A stretch of 64,000 nt of DNA, from the NCBI GenBank assembly GCA_002633005.1, contig NMRA01000903.1, forward strand, positions 40,094 to 104,093, in the 5' to 3' direction. The translations under genes were made by a program, and so were the position numbers. Below the pieces are notes generated by a model, which saw nothing but the letters and a program-made list of their open reading frames with translations, was not told the DNA's origin and did not search any database. This DNA comes from Phoronis australis (taxonomy: Eukaryota > Animalia > Phoronida). Shown piece after piece: positions 63,959 to 64,000 of this stretch (the first letter of the stretch is position 1; each line of letters starts with the position of its first letter).

Positions 63959-64000
63959 TTGTTTGGGACTAATGCGATGTTTCATGACCCACAACATAGG

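Noticed and set aside
63331-63997. Three long ORFs (153-190 aa) as protein-coding genes
   Set aside because: They are explained by the 21-bp minisatellite and have no independent gene evidence.

Overview
This is AT-rich eukaryotic DNA, most likely from an invertebrate animal (inferred from spliceosomal introns and the transposon repertoire). It comes from a draft assembly with single-N joins and one N gap. There is one clear host gene, an intact single-exon-CDS GT31 beta-1,3-glycosyltransferase (brainiac/B3GALT-like, 32998-34173 +). The rest is a dense, nested field of decayed transposons. Retroelements include an L1/Tx1 LINE (12630-18180 -), a second L1 relic, three Tnp22-type LINE ORF1s (one intact and without ORF2), two Hero-like RT fragments and Gypsy relics. 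DNA elements include an internally deleted Kolobok (TTAA TSD, THAP plus KolX-like) that splits the second L1, an ISL2EU-like THAP/YqaJ relic, a mariner relic, several MITE families (one repeatedly with 5-bp TSDs) and a CAG...CTG long-TIR family whose arms may bracket about 15 kb. The oddest structure is a ~51-bp-period array of 14-bp palindromes separated by homologous ~37-bp units in mixed orientation (32051-32453), just upstream of the glycosyltransferase. I see no prokaryotic-type system, no true CRISPR array and no rRNA or tRNA gene. All family calls come from motif recognition by eye, not from database searches, and many boundaries are approximate.
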